Assembly (NCBI GenBank): GCA_963842525.1
Contig: CAWJGT010000003.1
Coordinates: forward strand, 544,001-608,000
DNA: 64,000 nucleotides
Source: an uncultured Holophagales bacterium
Lineage (GTDB): Bacteria > Acidobacteriota > Thermoanaerobaculia > Multivoradales > UBA5704
Direction: 5' to 3'
Of the stretch, positions 11,331 to 58,200 are shown one piece after another (within the stretch, counting starts at the first letter, position 1; every line of letters begins with the position of its first letter). The translations under genes and the position numbers were made by a program. The notes under the pieces were generated by a model. That model was not told the origin of the DNA, did not search any database, and saw only the letters and a list, made by a program, of their open reading frames with translations.

Positions 11331-11678
11331 TGACTCGCGGTCCCGGCGATTGGGGCCGCGGTCCGCGCGACCGGGACCGCGAAACCGCACTGTGGACCTG
11401 CGGTCCCTGCCAAGCGGACCTCGGGTCCTACCAGATGACCTGATGCCCTGCGTTGCGGGCCGCGGTCCCTCTGACAGGGACCCCCGGTCCGCACAGGAGG
11501 ACCGCGGTCCCTCTCACACGGACCGGAAGTCCAGGGCCGCGTTTTTCAAAACCGCTGATGGGGACCGCGGCCCGCGCGACTGGGGCCTTCGGTCCGCGCC
11601 GGGGGCTCGCGAGCCCACAGGCTCCGGCATCGCTGGCTTCGACACGGCGCGCGGTCCGGTCTCTGGAGCGGCGGCTCT
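11331..11678. repeat. Intergenic array of ~16-17 short palindromes (consensus GGACC-N2-3-GGTCC) with a 21-bp period
   Basis: Units start at 11332, 11353, 11374, 11394, 11416, 11436, 11457, 11478, 11499, 11520, 11541, 11562, 11583, 11604, ~11624, 11646 and ~11666, with variable ~8-9 nt spacers. Confidence 0.85.
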
Positions 11679-11682
11679 GTTT

Positions 11683-46225
<34,543 letters not shown>

Positions 46226-46245
46226 CGCTGCTCTCCGTTCGCGGG

Positions 46246-49200
46246 TCAAGAGACCGGCTGATCCACCAGGACCCGGCGGCGCGCGCGGGCCAGGGAGAGG
46301 CTCCGCCTCTCCTGGTCCCGCTGCTCTTCGTCCCGCGCCTCCAGCCGGGCGAGCTCCGCTTCGATCTCGCGCAGGTGGGCGTCCGGGCGCTCGACCACGC
46401 TCCGCAGGACGAGCGCAAAGCCGTCCAGGAAGCGGGCGATGGTCGCGGCCTCGAACAGGTCGGTGCTGTATTCCGCCTGGCCCATGATGCCGGCCCCGGT
46501 CTCCATCAGGTTGAGCAGCAGGTCGAATTTCGCGGTCTGCCGGGGTACGTCGAGGGGAGCGACCGAGAGGCCCCGCAGGCTCTGCGCCGCGAACGGGACG
46601 TTCTGGAGCACGAGCTTGAGCTGGAACAGGGGCGTGCGGCTCAGGTCGCGCTCCGGGCTCAGCATTTCCACGAGCCGGTCGAAGGGGGCGTCCTGGTGCA
46701 TGTAGGCTTCCAGGGTATCCCGGCGCACCTGCCGCAGGATTTCGCGGAACGTGGGGTCTCCCGCAAGGTCGACGCTCAGCACGAGCTGGTTGACGAAGAG
46801 CCCGATGAGGCCTTCGAGCTCCGCGTGCCGGCGGTTCGCGATGTCCGTTCCGAGGACCAGCCGGTCGCTTTCTGCATGCCGGTGCACGAGGACGGCAAAA
46901 GCGGCCAGGAGGGACATGAAGAGCGTCGCATCCTCCTGCCGCCCCAGGATCCGCAGGGCCTCCGTCAAGCCGCCTGCGATGGCCACGGGCACGGCGGCGC
47001 CCAGACCGCTGCGGACGGGCGGTCTGGGACGGTCGGCCCGGAGCTCCGCCGGAGCGAGCCCGGCGAGCCGCGCCCGCCAGTACTCGAGCTGGCCGTCCAG
47101 GGGCTCGCCCTGCAGCCAGCGCCGCTGCCAGACGGCGAAGTCGGCGTACTGGACCGGCAGCTCCGGCAACGGCGAGGGCCTGCCTTCGGCAAACGCCGCG
47201 TAGAGCGCCGTGACCTCGCGGACCAGGATTCCCATGGACCAGCCGTCGCCGGCGATGTGATGCAGGGTCAGGGCGACGACGTGCTCCATCTGTCCCCCTG
47301 TGGCGGCCAGCCGCAGCAGGAGGCCGCGCAGCAGCGGACCGCGCGCGAGATCGAACGGCCGGCCGGCTTCTTCACCGGCCAGCGCGAGGGCCGTCGCTGC
47401 GCGCGTTCTCTCCGGCAGCCCCGACAGGTCGACCACCGCGAGCCCGAAATCTGCCGCCGGTTGGATCACCTGCACCGGCGAGCCCTTCGGGGCCGCGAAG
47501 ACCGTGCGCAGTGCCTCATGGCGCCGGACGACCTCGCCGAGGCAGCACGCCAGCACCTCGGGGCGGAGCGGCCCTTCGATGCGTAGCGCCACTGGGATGT
47601 TGTAGAGCGGGCTTCCCGGTTCGAGCTGATCGATGAGCCAGAGGCGCTGCTGCGCGAACGACAGCGGCAGGGGCTCCTCCCGCGGTGTGTGAGCGATGGG
47701 AGCGCCAGGCATCAGAGGCGGTGTAAGCCTGTCCCCGCCGGCCTGGAGCACAGCCTCCACCCGGGCGGCGAGGTCCGCCAGCCGTGGAGCCTCGAAGAGG
47801 TCGCGCAGCGGCATCTCGACGTCGAAGGCGCTCCGCAGGCGCGACATCACCCGCGTCGCCAGCAGCGAGTGGCCGCCCAGGTCGAAGAAATGTTCGGCCG
47901 GCCCGACCCGTTCGAGACCGAGAAGCTCGGACCAGATGCCGGCGAGCACCTCTTCGACCGGCGTGCGCGGCGCCAGAGGGCTCTCTTCGGGGCGTTGCCT
48001 CTCCGAGGCCGGCAGGGCCTTGCGGTCCACCTTGCCGTTCGGCGTGAGGGGGAAGACGGCAAGGACCACAAGCACGGTGGGGACCATGTAGTCCGGGAGG
48101 CGCTCGCGCAGGGCCTGGCGCAAGGTTCCAGCGGTGGCATCGCCGGTCACATAGGCGACCAGCCTGCCTTCCCGGACTACCACTACGGCCTCGTGGACTC
48201 CAGTCTGCGCGGCCAGCGCCGCCTCGATCTCTCCCAGCTCGATGCGGAAGCCGCGGATCTTCACCTGGTGGTCGATGCGGCCGAGGACCTCCATCCCACC
48301 CGGAAGGTGGCGGGCCAGGTCTCCCGTCCGGTAGAGGCGGCCTCCCGGCTCATCTCTCTCCGTCGCGAAGGGGTCCGGCAGGAAGCGCTCGGCAGTCAGG
48401 TCCGGCCGGCCCAGGTAGCCCCGCGCCACGCCGGTGCCGCCGATCCAGAGCTCGCCGGGCACTCCGAGGGGCACGGCCTGCAGCTCCCGGTCGAGAAGAT
48501 GGATCCGGGTGTTGGCAATGGGCCGGCCGATCGAGACCGACCCGGCCTCGTCCGGCCCGATGCGCGCGGCGGCCGACCAGACGGTGGTCTCGGTGGGACC
48601 GTAGAGGTTCCACAGCTCGCGGGTCTGCCGGGCCAGGGACGTGGCCAGCTCGCGCGGGAGTGCCTCACCGCCGCAGAGCGCGAGGAGGGAGGGATCGCCG
48701 GTCCAACCCGCATCGAGGAGCATCCGCCACGTCGCCGGGGTTGCCTGCAGCACACCGGCCCCCGATGCATGGAGCCGCGCCGCGAGGAGCACGCCGTCCG
48801 CGGCCTCGGCCCGGCTGGCCACCTCGACACAGCCGCCGGTGGTCAAGGGGAGGAAGATCTCCAGCGCCGCGATGTCGAAGGCGAGCGAGGTGACGGCGAG
48901 CAGCCGCTCCCCGGCGGAGAAGCCTGGGGCTCGTCGCATCGACGCGAGGAAATTGACCAGGGCCTGGTGAGGGACTCCCACGCCTTTGGGACGGCCTGTC
49001 GAGCCCGAGGTGTAGAGGACATAGGCAAGCTGGCGGTCGTCGCAGGGGACCGGCTCGCCGCGGTCCCGATCGACCGGGGTGGTCGAAGGGTCGCCGACCG
49101 CCTTGCCGTCCAGGCAGAGAACCGCCCCGGGAGCCGGGGGGAGCGCGGCGAGCAGGCGCGTCTCGGTGATCAGCACCTGCGGCGCCGCGTCCTCCAGCAC

Positions 49201-52200
49201 GAGGGCCAGCCGCTTGCGAGGGTAGTCGGGGTCAAGCGGCACGTAGGCGGCCCCGGCCTTGAGCACGCCGAGGAGGGCCGCGACCAGATCGAGGGACCGC
49301 TCGAGGGCGACGCCAACGCGGCTCTCCGGACCGCAGCCCAGCCCTCGCAAGCGGCGCGCCAGCCGGTCCGCCCGGGCGTCGAGCTCGGCGTAGGAGAGGA
49401 TCTCCCCCGCGAACGTGGCGGCCGGCGCATCCGGCGTGCGCGCCGCCTGGGCTGCGAAGAGGTCGTGCACGAGGAGCCCCTCCGGCAGCCGCACCGCGGT
49501 GTCGCTCCACTCGGCGAGGAGCTGATGGCGTTCGGCCCCGGTGAGCAGCGACAGCTCCGAGGTCCGCCGCTCCGGCGCCGCCAGGGACGCGGCGAGCAGG
49601 CACTCGTAGTGGACGACCAGGCGGTCGATGGTCGCGGCGTCGAACAGGGCGGTGGCGTGCTCAACCGTGCCGCGGAGCCCGCCGTCGTGCTCCTCGAAGG
49701 CGAGCGTGAGATCGACTTTCGCCGTGGTCCCGGTCCCGCCGGCCGGCCGCAGGCGCAGGCCCTGGATCTCCAGGGCCGCGACGGGGGCGTTCTGCAGGAT
49801 GAGCATCGCCTGGAACAAGGGGGCGTAGGCGAGGCTTCGCTCCGCCGTGAGGTCCTGGACCAGCCGTTCGAACGGCACGTCCTGGTGCAGATGGGCGGCG
49901 AGCGCGGTCTCGCGGACCCGGCCGAGCAACTCCCGGAACGAGGGCTGATCCGTGAGATCGCCGCGCAGCACCAGCGTGTTGAGGAAAAATCCGATCAATC
50001 CCTCGATCTCCACCCGGTTGCGTCCCGCGACCGGAGTTCCGACCGCGAGGTCCTGCTGCCCGCTGTAGCGGGCCAGCAGAGCCTGGAAGCCGGCCAGGAG
50101 TACCATGAAGAGCGTCGCTCCCTCGCGCCGGCTCAGTGCTTGCGCCTGCCGGGTGAGCTCGGCCGGCAGCCGCACGGGCCGGGTGGCGCCGCGGGTGCTC
50201 TGCACCGCGGGCCGGGGACGGTCGGTGGGGAGCGAGAGGAGGGACGGCAGCCCCGCGAGCTGGCGGCGCCAGAAGGAGATCTCGCTCTCCAGGGCTTCGC
50301 CGTGCAGCCAGGAGCGCTGCCAGACCGCGTAGTCCGCGTACTGCACCGGCAGCTCCGTCAGGGGCGAGGGCCTGCCTTCCGCGAACGCCGCGTAGAGGGT
50401 CCCTACCTCGCGGACCAGGATGCCGATCGACCAGCCGTCGCTGGCGATGTGGTGCATGGTCAACGCGGCGACGTGGTCCTCGCCGTCCAGCCGCAGCAGC
50501 ACGCCGCGCAGCAGGGGGCCGCGCGCCAGGTCGAACGGACGGGCGGCCTCTTCGCGGGCCAGAGCGAGAGCCGTGGCCTCATGGCGCCTCTCCGGCAGCC
50601 CCGAGAGGTCGACCACGGGCAGCCTGAAAAGGGCCGGTGGTTGGATCACCTGCACCGGCGAGCCCTCGAAGGTGGCGAAGACCGTGCGCAACGCCTCATG
50701 GCGCCGGACGATCTCGCCGAGGCAGCGCGCCAGCACCGCGGCGGCCAGCGGCCCTTCGACGCGCAGCGCCACCGGGATGCTGTAGAGCGGGCTGCCCGGC
50801 TCGAGCTGATCGATAAACCATAGGCGTTGCTGCGCGAACGAGAGAGGCAGCGATCCCTCCCGCGATGTTCGGGCGATCGTGACAAGAGGTGGGGTAGGCC
50901 GGTCAGCGCCGGCCCGGAGCGCCGCCTCGACCCGCGAGGCGAGGTGCGCCAGGGCCGGGGCCTCGAAGAGGTCGCGCAGCGGCATCTCGACACCGAAGGC
51001 GCTGCGCAGGCGCGAGACCACCTGAGTCGCCAGCAGCGAATGGCCGCCCAGGTCGAAGAAGTGGTCGTTCGTCCCAACCCGTTCGACACCGAGGAGCTCG
51101 GCCCAGATGCCGGCGAGCACCTCCTCGACCTGAGTCCGCGGCGCGCGATAGCTCTCCTCGGCGCTCTGCCAATCCGGGGCTGGCAGGGCCTTGCGGTCCA
51201 CCTTGCGGTTGGGGCTGAGGGGGAGGACGTCAAGGACAACAACGACGGCAGGGACCATGTAGTCCGGGAGGCGATCGCGCAAGGCTTGGCGCAGGCTCTC
51301 GGCGGCGGCGTCGCCCACCACATAGGCCACCAGCCGCCGGTCGCCAGATACATCCTCCCGCACAACCACGACCGCCTCACGGACACCTGCGAGGCCGAGC
51401 AGCGCTTCCTCGACCTCTCGCGGCTCGATACGGAAGCCGCGGATCTTGACCTGGTCGTCGAAACGGCCCTGGTACTCCAGGTCCCCCCGAGGCGAGAGCC
51501 GTACCTTGTCGCCCGTCCGGTAGAGGCGGCCTCCCGGCACGCGGCCGAACGGGTCCGGGACGAACCTCTCGGCCGTGAGGTCGGGCCGCTCCAGGTAGCC
51601 GCGAGCCAGGCAGGCACCACCGATGTAGAGATCCCCGGCCACACCGAGCCGGGCCGGCACCAGGCCGGGCTCGACGACGTAGGTCGTGGCATTCCAGACA
51701 GGCCGGCCGATGGATGGATAGACCGCCCAATCCTCCGGGTCGGGGCTCAGCGTGAAGGCGGTGGCCACGTGCGTCTCGGACGGGCCGTAGTGGTTGTGGA
51801 AGGCGCACTCCGGAAGGCGCCGGAGCAGCGCCGTCATGGCCCGGTTCGTCTGCAGCCGCTCGCCGGTCGTGGTGATCTCCCGCAGAGGTGGAAGCTCCTG
51901 GCGGTCGGCAAAGACCTCCGCGAGCTGCTGCAGGACGACCACCGGGAAGATCGCCTTCTCGATCCTCTGCTCCACGAGCAGCTCCGCCAGCGCCGGCATG
52001 TCGCGGCGCAGCTCTTCCGGCACCACGGCCAGGGTTCCTCCGGAGCCCCAGCAGGCGAACATCTCGTAGAAGCTGACGTCGAAGCTCAGCGAGGCGAACT
52101 GCAGGGTCTGTGCTCGCCCCAGACACGCCGCCAGATGCCAGTCGATCAGGTTGCGCAGAGCCCCATGGGGGAGGGCCACTCCCTTGGGCCGGCCGGTCGA

Positions 52201-55200
52201 GCCCGAGGTGAAGATCACATAGGCCAGGCTCGCCGGGGACGGCTCGCCGGGTGGCGTCAGCGCCCCAGCATCCGTGTCCGGCTCGTCGTCGCCGTCGACC
52301 AGGACCACCTCGGCGCTTCCGGCCGGCAGACGGTCGCGCAAATGACATTGGGTCAGCAGCACCGGAGAGCGGGTGTCGTCAAGCATGAAGGCCAGCCGCT
52401 GCTCGGGGTAGCCTGGGTCGAGGGGCACATAGGCGCCGCCGGCCTGGAGGATACCGAGCACGCCCACAACCATGTCCAGGGAGCGCTCGACCATCAGGCC
52501 GACCAGGACGTCCGGGCCGACGCCGAGGCGGCGCAGGTGTTCGGCAAGGCGGCCGGCCCGGGCGCTCAGCTCGGCATAGGTCAGCGCCGCCGCCCCGCAG
52601 ACCACGGCGGCGGCCTCGGGCGTCCGGCGGGCCTGCGCCGCGAACAGCTCGTGAACGTAGCCGACGGATCCGCTCCATCCGGTGTCGTTCCAGGCCAGGC
52701 AGAGCTGGTGGTGCTCCGCCTCCGAGAGCAGCGGCAGCTCCGAGACCGGCAGGTCCGGCGCCGCCGTGGCCGCGGCGAGCAGCCGCTCCAGGCACGCGAT
52801 CAGGCGGTCGACGGTCGTGCCGTCGAACAGATCGGTGGCGTGCTCGACCGCGCCGGCCAGCCCGCCGTCGTGCTGCTCGAGCGTGAGCGTGAGATCGAAT
52901 TTCGCCAGGGTGGCAGCCAGACCCATCGGCCGCAGGTGCAGGCGCGGGATCTCCAGGATCTCGATCGGAGCGTTCTGCAGGACCAGCATCACCTGGAACA
53001 GGGGCGTATGGGCGAGGCTCCGCTCGGGCTCCAGCTCCTGGACGAGCCTCTCGAAAGGCACGTCCTGGTGCAGATAGGCGGAGAGGGCGGTCTCGCGGAC
53101 CCGGCCGAGCAGCTCCCGGAAGGTGGGCTTTCCGGCCAGATCGCTGCGCAGCACCAGCGTGTTGACGAAGAACCCGATCAGGTTTTCGATCTCCACCCGG
53201 TTGCGTCCGGCCACCGGCGTGCCCACCGCGAGGTCTTGCTGCCCGCTGGAGCGCGCGAGAAGCGCCTGGAATGCTGCCAGCAGGACCATGAAGAGCGTCG
53301 CGCCCTCGCGCCGGCTCAGGGACTCGACCTGCCGCGTGAGCCCGGCGGGAAGCCGCACGGGCCGTGACGCGCCGCGGTAGCTTTGCGTGGCGGGCCGCGG
53401 CCGGTCGGTGGGGAAGCTCCAGGAGCGGCGGCAGGTCCGCGAGTTGCCGCCGCCAGTAGGAGATCTCGCCTTCGAGCGCTTCGCCGCGCAGCCAGGAGCC
53501 TTGCCAGGTCGCGAAGTCCCCATACTGCACCGGAAGCTCGGGCAGGGGGGACGCCGCGTAGAGGGCCGTCATCTCGCGGACGAGGATGCCCATCGACCAG
53601 CCGTCGCCGGCGATGTGGTGGAGGGTTAGCGCAACGGCGTGTTCCCCCTCCGCCAGCCGCAGCAACAGGCCGCGGAGCAGCGGACCGCGGGCGAGATCGA
53701 ACGGGCGGACAGCCTCTTCGCCGGCCAGGGAAACAGCCGTCGCCTCGCGCCGGTGCTCGGGCAGCGCCGACAGGTCCACCAGAGGCAGTCCAAACGGTGT
53801 TGCCGGCCGGATCACCTGCACCGGCGAGCCCTCCGGCGCGGCGAAAACCGTGCGCAGCGCCTCGTGCCGGCGCACGGTCTCGCCGAGGCAGCGCGCCAGG
53901 ACATCGGGGCTCAGCGGGCCTTCGACGCGCAGCGCCACCGGGATGTTGTAGCGCGGGCTTCCCGGTTCGAGCTGATCGATGAGCCAGAGGCGCTGTTGGG
54001 CGAAGGACAGGGGCAGGGGCGTCTCCCTCGGTACCTGGACCAGGGGAGGAGCAGGAAGCCCCGAGCCGGAGCGTCGCGCCGCCTCGACGCGGGCGGCGAG
54101 GTCCGCCAGCGCCGGAGCCTCGAAGAGATCGCGCAGCGGCAGCTCGACGCCGAAGGCCTCCCGCAGGCGCGACACCACCTGTGTTGCCAGCAGCGAGTGG
54201 CCGCCCAGCTCGAAGAAATGGTCGCCAGCTCCCACCCACTCTAAGCCGAGCACCTCGAGCCCAGATGCCGGCGAGGACCTCCTCCACGGGCGTGCGCGGC
54301 GCCAGGAAGCTCTCCGCGGCGTGTGGCCGCTCTGGAGCCGGCAGGGCCTTGCGGTCCACCTTGCCGTTCGGTGTGAGGGGGAGGACGGCAAGGACCACAA
54401 GGACGGCAGGGACCATATAGTCCGGGGAGCTCCTCGCGCAGGGCCTGCCGTAGGGCCTCGGTGGTGGCTTCGCCGGCCACGTAGGCCACCAGCCGGCCTT
54501 CCCGGACCACTACGGCGGCCTGGCGCACACCGGGCAAGGCGGCAAGGGCTGCCTCGATCTCTCCCAACTCGATGCGGAAGCCGCGGATCTTCACCTGGTG
54601 GTCGCGCCGCCCGAGGAACTCCAAGTTGCCGTCGGGCCGGTAGCGGGCCCGGTCGCCGGTGCGGTAGAGGCGGCCGGCTCGCCACGGGTCGGGGATGAAT
54701 TTCTCCGCCGTCAGCTCCGGCTCCCGGGCATAGCCGCCGGCCAGGCAGTCGCCCCCGATGTAGAGATCGCCGGGGATGCCCACCGGGCAGGGGGAGAGCC
54801 GCGCGTCGAGCACGTGGTAGCTCGCATTCTCGATAGGTCGGCCGTACGGGATGCTCGGCCAGGCCGGATCGACCGTGCCGATGGGGAAGACGTTGGACCA
54901 GACCGTTGCCTCGGTGGCGCCGCCGAGCGAGATCACCCGGGCGCCGGGGAAGCGCTCGCGGATGCGATCGGGAAGGGTGACCGGGATCCAGTCGCCGCTC
55001 AGGAAGACGAGGCGCAGGGCCGGGCGGGCCTCAGAATTCATCCCTTCCAGGAACGGCACCGTCTGCTCCAGGGCCGCCGGAGCCGAATCCCAGAACGTGA
55101 TGGGCTCCGTAGACAGCGCGTGCAGCAGACGCTCCGGATCGCGGATCTCCTCCTCGGTGGCGATGCGGATGGAGCCACCGGCCCCCAGCAGGCCGAAGAC

Positions 55201-58200
55201 GTCGAAGACCGACAGGTCGAAAGAGAGGGAGGTGACGAAGAGGACCCGGTCCTCTGGCGAGAAGGCAAAGGCCCGGTACGCCCAACGCAGGAGGTTGGCG
55301 ACCGGGCGATGGCGGACCATCACCCCCTTGGGGGCGCCCGTGGAGCCCGAGGTGAAGATGATGTAGGCGAGGTCATTCGGGGTTGACCGGCGGGTTGGCG
55401 CCGACGGCTCGTATCCGTCCAGATCCAGGCGATCCAGGCAGACCACGTGGCGGACCCTGCCGGGCTGCTCCGAATCGGTCACCAGGCAGGAGATCTCCAG
55501 CCGGTCGAGAATCCATTGCCGGCGCGCGGGCGGGTGGCTGGTCTCCAGCGGCACGTAGGCGGCGCCCGCCTTGAGCACGGCGAGCAGGGCCGGGATCATC
55601 TGGAGCGAACGGCGCAGGTGGATGCCTACCAGCGAGCCCGGGCCGATGCCGAGGCTCACCAGGTGGCGGGCCATGCGGTTGGCCCGCTCTTCGAGCTCGC
55701 ATAGGTCATGCGCCTCCTCGCCGCAGACGGCGGCGACAGCTCCGGGCGTGCGCTCGGCCCAGGACTCGAACAGCTCGTGGATCAGGGTGTCCTCGCCGCG
55801 AGCCGCCGCGGTGTCGTTCCACTCCACCAGCACCTGATGGCGCTCGGCGGCAGGCAGCAGCGGCAGCTCCATCACGGGGCAGAGGGGGTCCGCGGCGATT
55901 CCGTCGAGGAGCGTCCGGAGCTGGGCGAGCAGGCGGGCGGCCGTGGTGCGATCGAAGATCCTGGTGTCGTATTCGAGCCCGCCCCCGGCGCCCTCGCCGC
56001 GCCTCGATGAGCATCAGGTTCAGGTCGAACTTGGCGGTGACGCTGTCCAGCTCCAGTGGCCGCAGCACGCAGGCCTGGGAGGTCCGCGGCCTGCGCGATG
56101 GCGTTCTGGAAGGCGAGCATCACCTGGAACAGCGGCGCGTGGCTCAGGTTGCGCTCCGGCTGCAGGGCCTCGACCAGCTTCTCGAAAGGGACCTCCTGGT
56201 GGGCATGGGCGGCGAGGGCCGTCTCGCGCACCCGCGCCAGGAGCGCATCGAAGCGGGGGGATCCCGACAGATCGGCGCGATGCACCAGGGTGTTCACGAA
56301 GAGGCCGATCAACGGCTCGGTCTCCAACTGCGCCCGGCCCGCCACAGGCGCGCCGACGCAGAAGTCCTCCTGCTCGGTGAGGCGGAAGAGGAGGGCCTCC
56401 AGGGAGGCGAGCAGGACCATGAAGAGCGTCGCGCCTTCCCGCTGTGCGATGCCGCGGAGCTGTCCCAGAAGGCCGCCCGGGAGAGCGAAAGATACTCGGG
56501 CACCGCGGAAGGCCTGGAGCATCGGCCGCTGCGCGATCGGTGGGGAGAGCCAGCACCTGCGGCGCTCCTTCGAGCTGCCGGCGCCAGAAGGCGAGCTGTC
56601 GCTCCAGCGGCTCGCCCTGCAGCCAGCGTTGCTGCCAGAGGGCATAGTCGGCGTACTGGACCGGTAATGGCGGCAGTGGCGGCAGCGGTGAGCCGGCGAG
56701 GATCGCGGCCATCTCGCGCATCAGGACGCCCAGGGACCAGCCGTCGCTGACGATGTGGTGAGCGGCCAGGAGGAAGGCGTGCTCGTCGTCCGCGAGCCGC
56801 AGCAGCAGGGTGCGCAGCAGCGGCAGGCGCGAGAGGTCGAAGGGGCGCCACGCTTCCTGATGGGCCAGCCGCTGCGCCTCGGCCTCGCGCCGGTCCGGTG
56901 GCAGGGCCGCGAGATCGATCAACGGCAACTGCCAGGGCCGTGGCGGCGCGATCCGCTGGACCGGCACGCCATCGCGCTCGGGGAACGAGGTGCGCAGGAT
57001 CTCGTGGCGGCGCACCACCTCGCCGAGCGCAGCGTCGAGGCGGGAGCGGTCGAGCGGGCCGTGGAGGCCGAAGAAGCTCGGCATGTTGTAGGCCGCGCTG
57101 TCGGGCTCGAGCTGGGCCAGGAACCAGAGCCGGAGCTGCGCGAAGGACAGGGGCGGATCTCCCTCCCGGATCTGCGGCTCCAGGGGCGGCAAGCTTCCGG
57201 AGACACTGGCGGTGCCGGCCTCGGCGATCTCCGGCGCCAGCTCGGCGATGGTCCGCAGCTCGAAGAGGCGCCGCAGCGGGATCTCGACCGCGAAGGAGCT
57301 GCGGATGCGCGAGATCACCCGCGCCGCCAGGAGCGAGTGGCCCCCCAGGGCGAAGAAGTCGTCGTGGATGCCTACCGCCGGGAGGTCGAGCAGCTCGGCC
57401 CAGATGCCGGCAAGGATCTCCTCGACCGGCGTCCGCGGCGCCAGAGAACCCTCGTGGGCGCTCGGCCGCTCCGGAGCCGGCAGGGCCTTGCGGTCCACCT
57501 TGCCGGTGGGGGTACGGGGGAGGACGTCAAGGACAACAAGGACAGCAGGGATCATGTGAGTCCGGCAGACGCTCGCGCAGAGATTGGCGGAGCGCGCCGG
57601 CATCGATATCGCCCACTACATACGCCACCAGTTGCGGATCGCCGGGGGTGTCCTCGCGGGCGACGGCCACGGCCTGGCTCACGCCGGGCAGGGCGGCGAG
57701 GGCCGCCTCGATCTCTCCCAGCTCGATCCGGACGCCGCGGACCTTCACCTGGTGGTCGATGCGGCCGAGGAAGTGGATGGTGCCGTCCGGCCGCTGGCGC
57801 ACGAGGTCGCCGGTGAGGTAGAGGCGGCCGCCTGGCGCCGCGGCGCAGGGGTCCGGGACGAAGCGCTCCGCCGTCAGGTCCGGGCGGCCGAGATAGCCCC
57901 GCGCCAGGCCGGCGCCGCTGGCTTGCAGCTCGCCCGGCTGACCCAATGGCACAGGCTGCCCCCTCTGGTCCATAATCCGCAGGCCCACGTTGTCCAGAGG
58001 CCGGCCGAGGGCCGCGATCTTCCCCGCAGTCAGCTCGCCCGGCCGGCAGGGGTAGAAGGTCACGTCGATGGCGCACTCCGTCGGGCCGTAGAGGTTGCAG
58101 AGCTCGACGCCGGGCAGGCGCTCGAAGACTCTCTCGCAGAGGGGCGCCGGCAGGGCCTCGCCGCCGCAGAAGAGGCGTCGCAGCGTGAGGCCGCGCAGGT

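Noticed and set aside
11331-11678. CRISPR array interpretation of the periodic palindromes
   Set aside because: Units are 12-13 bp and degenerate with 8-9-nt spacers, far below CRISPR dimensions, and no cas genes are present.
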